Assembly: GCA_950097015.1 (NCBI GenBank)
Contig: CATNEN010000029.1
Span: 3,100,001-3,164,000 of the forward strand
Length of the DNA stretch: 64,000 nucleotides
Direction of reading: 5' to 3'
DNA from: Macrostomum hystrix
Lineage: Eukaryota; Animalia; Platyhelminthes
The notes beneath the pieces were generated by a model that did no database searches, was not told the origin of the DNA, and saw only the letters and a program-made list of their open reading frames with translations. Below, in pieces: positions 61,855 through 64,000 of this stretch (position 1 is its first letter; every line of letters starts with the position of its first letter). Both the position numbers and the translations under genes were made by a program.

Positions 61855-62200
61855 TGCCCAATCAGAATTGTATAGGTTTGGAGTGGTTGACCAATCAGAG
61901 GTGAATAGGGTTAAGGATAGCTGGCCAATCAGAGGTGAATATGGTTGGGATGGCTGGCCAATTAGAGTTGAAGCGGGTAGGGATGGCTGGCCAATCATAG
62001 GTGGGTAGGGTTGGTATGGATGGCCAATCAGAGGTTGGGTAGGGTAGGGATGACTGGCCAATTAGATGTGAATAGGGTTGGGTTGGCTGGCCAATTAGAT
62101 GTGAATAGGGTTGGGATGGCTGGCCAATTAGATGTGAATAGGATTGGTTTGGCTGGCCAATTAGATGTGAATAGGGTTGGGTTGGCTGGCCAATTTGAGT
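61855..62200. repeat. 33-bp minisatellite whose invariant core is CCAAT
   Basis: CCAAT at 61858, 61891, 61925, 61958, 61991, 62024, 62058, 62091, 62124, 62157 and 62190. Confidence 0.9.
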
Positions 62201-63486
62201 TTGATGCCCAAGATTAGTCTGCAGTCTGTTCAGCTATTAAAGGCTAATTAAGAAAGCCGCAGGATAGCAAAAACATGGGCTAATTGAATCTGTAGAGTAA
62301 TTAAGGCAGAAGGAGAAGGTGATTTCGTCTACTCATTGCTTGCTTAACAACACTGATTCATTATTCACACATTTACAAAAGGCACTCAAGCTAATACAGC
62401 AGGGAATTCGTTCGTGTATGCCTCCTTTACGACAAACTTGTAATTAGAGTTAATAATGCATACTATTAAGCAGAAGCAACACAAGTGTCCATGGTAACTA
62501 CGGAGCACTTTTAAATGCATTATATGTATTATGATTTAATATTTCCGCTTCTAAAAAGACAGCCGAAAAGTAGCACAGAATTAATTAAAAAGCACTGTGA
62601 AATGCTTATGTAAACGCACACAGAAATGCACACAAAACCGGTTACAAAAAATTGCGTGAGGAAGGATAAAAGTACAAGGAGCATTACTTTTTATAAAAAA
62701 TTCGACAATTAACAAATCAATTTAGGAAATAAGAAAGTTTATTTCGCAGTTTCTTCAGAGTTTAAGTTTTTTCTGAGAGAATTAATCTGACAAAAACATA
62801 TTTAGCTACAAAAACTGATTTCTATTACTTGCAATAGTACTTTTGAGGCATTTGGATGCATTTGAAAAATACTAGAAATTGTTGTCTAAGCTACTTACTA
62901 GTGAGTAGCTCGAATTAGCGATTGGATGTTCTGAACAATGAATATAAATTCTTAAAAAAGGCTATGCAGTAAAAATTCACAGTTTATTTACCGCCATATT
63001 CGTTTATTTCTTTCTCGCCATCGTTCTAGCTTTGTGTTTTTGTTGTCAGTTGCTGATATACAAATTACATTGAGCCGCCAGTTAAAAAAGTTAACCTGGC
63101 TTTGCTGCTTGTGCAGGCAGTCCTTTCACTCTATTAGCACCTTAAATTTATAATGTGGGCTTGCCTTTTTTCGATCACAATATTTATCTCTTTTTGTCTT
63201 ATTTGTTCCCATGCACGGATCCAAGTGGTGGAAAGTACTCTTAGTGTATGCCTGAGCGAGTGTTTCGTTTGCCTGCTTGTCCGACTGTTTGAAGCGTCTG
63301 GCTCACGCGATCCTAATGGACATTGCTTACTTTAACTAATTAGTCACATTGTATATTTTAACTAAAAGTCTGTCTATCCAAGAACTATCCCGCCTATGTA
63401 CGAGTATGTGCTACATTGTGTAAGTCAGTTGTTGTTTGCTAAAAGATACACTCGCTATCGGTTCTGTCGTCGTTTATTTTACTCAC

Positions 63487-63537
63487 CTGAAACTCACGTG
63501 ACTGTTTTTTTCTTTTAACATCCCCGATTTGCTCCAT
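63487..63537 (-). CDS. C2H2 zinc-finger gene 2, probable first coding exon (MEQIGDVKRKKQSREFQ)
   Basis: ATG in frame with a strong CAG|GTGAGT phase-0 donor and an NLS-like KRKK. Gives a 320-aa six-finger protein. No homology support. Confidence 0.55.
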
Positions 63538-64000
63538 AAAAGCAGATCCCTCTGAGGCCCAAAGACCTCATATTTTGTGTTTGCTTGAATTACCTGTCAG
63601 TCTGACACACAGCTCCTTAATGTGCCTCAGACTACAGAAATCATCTCAACCGCTCTTTCCTAGGCAATATGGGAACAACTAGCGAAAGATCTAGCAAAAG
63701 ATCCAATTAACCGTGATCTGCAATTTGCGACATACTGCAAAGCCAAAATCCAGTGCGAGCTCTGTGTAAGCGTCGGACTATTCATAACTCATGCTACCTG
63801 GCTACAGCGTAAAAACCTTCAAGGCGCTCTGGTGAAGGCATCAACGTTACTGCGTGAGCTGGTTATCCTCTATTTTGCTGTTTTTTGTTATACATTTTTC
63901 CAATCTATGAAACGAAATGCATTTTCAAATTAAGCGACTGAATTTGCCAACGCCTTTAACAGGCAGCCTAGTGTCGGTCGCAAGAGAGAGCTGTATGCCG

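Overview
Eukaryotic, intron-containing and repeat-rich DNA. It is most likely from a free-living flatworm of the Macrostomum type (inference from a flatworm spliced-leader-like 45-mer, GC3-rich exons and dense minisatellites). Five host genes can be reconstructed by hand: a 5-exon tachykinin-receptor-like GPCR (+, 1786-7124, with a GC-AG intron), an intronless myosuppressin/Srw-type peptide GPCR (+, 20081-21412), an intronless Tre1/melatonin-receptor-like GPCR (+, 47305-48426), and two C2H2 zinc-finger genes (-, 34823-37703, 5' end not found; -, 58894-63537). Mobile DNA comprises a decayed Crypton-type tyrosine recombinase bracketed by a 29-bp direct repeat, a MULE-type element with TIRs and a 9-bp TSD, a NOF/MULE transposase relic interrupted by a foldback MITE, a P-element/THAP9 transposase relic, and three copies of a tRNA-headed CORE-type SINE. 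Roughly a third of the window is about 30 different minisatellites, and nearly all long ORFs in the ORF track are artefacts of these. The most interesting observations are a genomic SL-like relic next to a CCAAT/GC-rich region and a splice donor, the direct-repeat-bounded Crypton, and minisatellites built around regulatory motifs (CRE, CCAAT, Pol III B-box). All alignments and family calls were made by eye or from memory; no searches were run.
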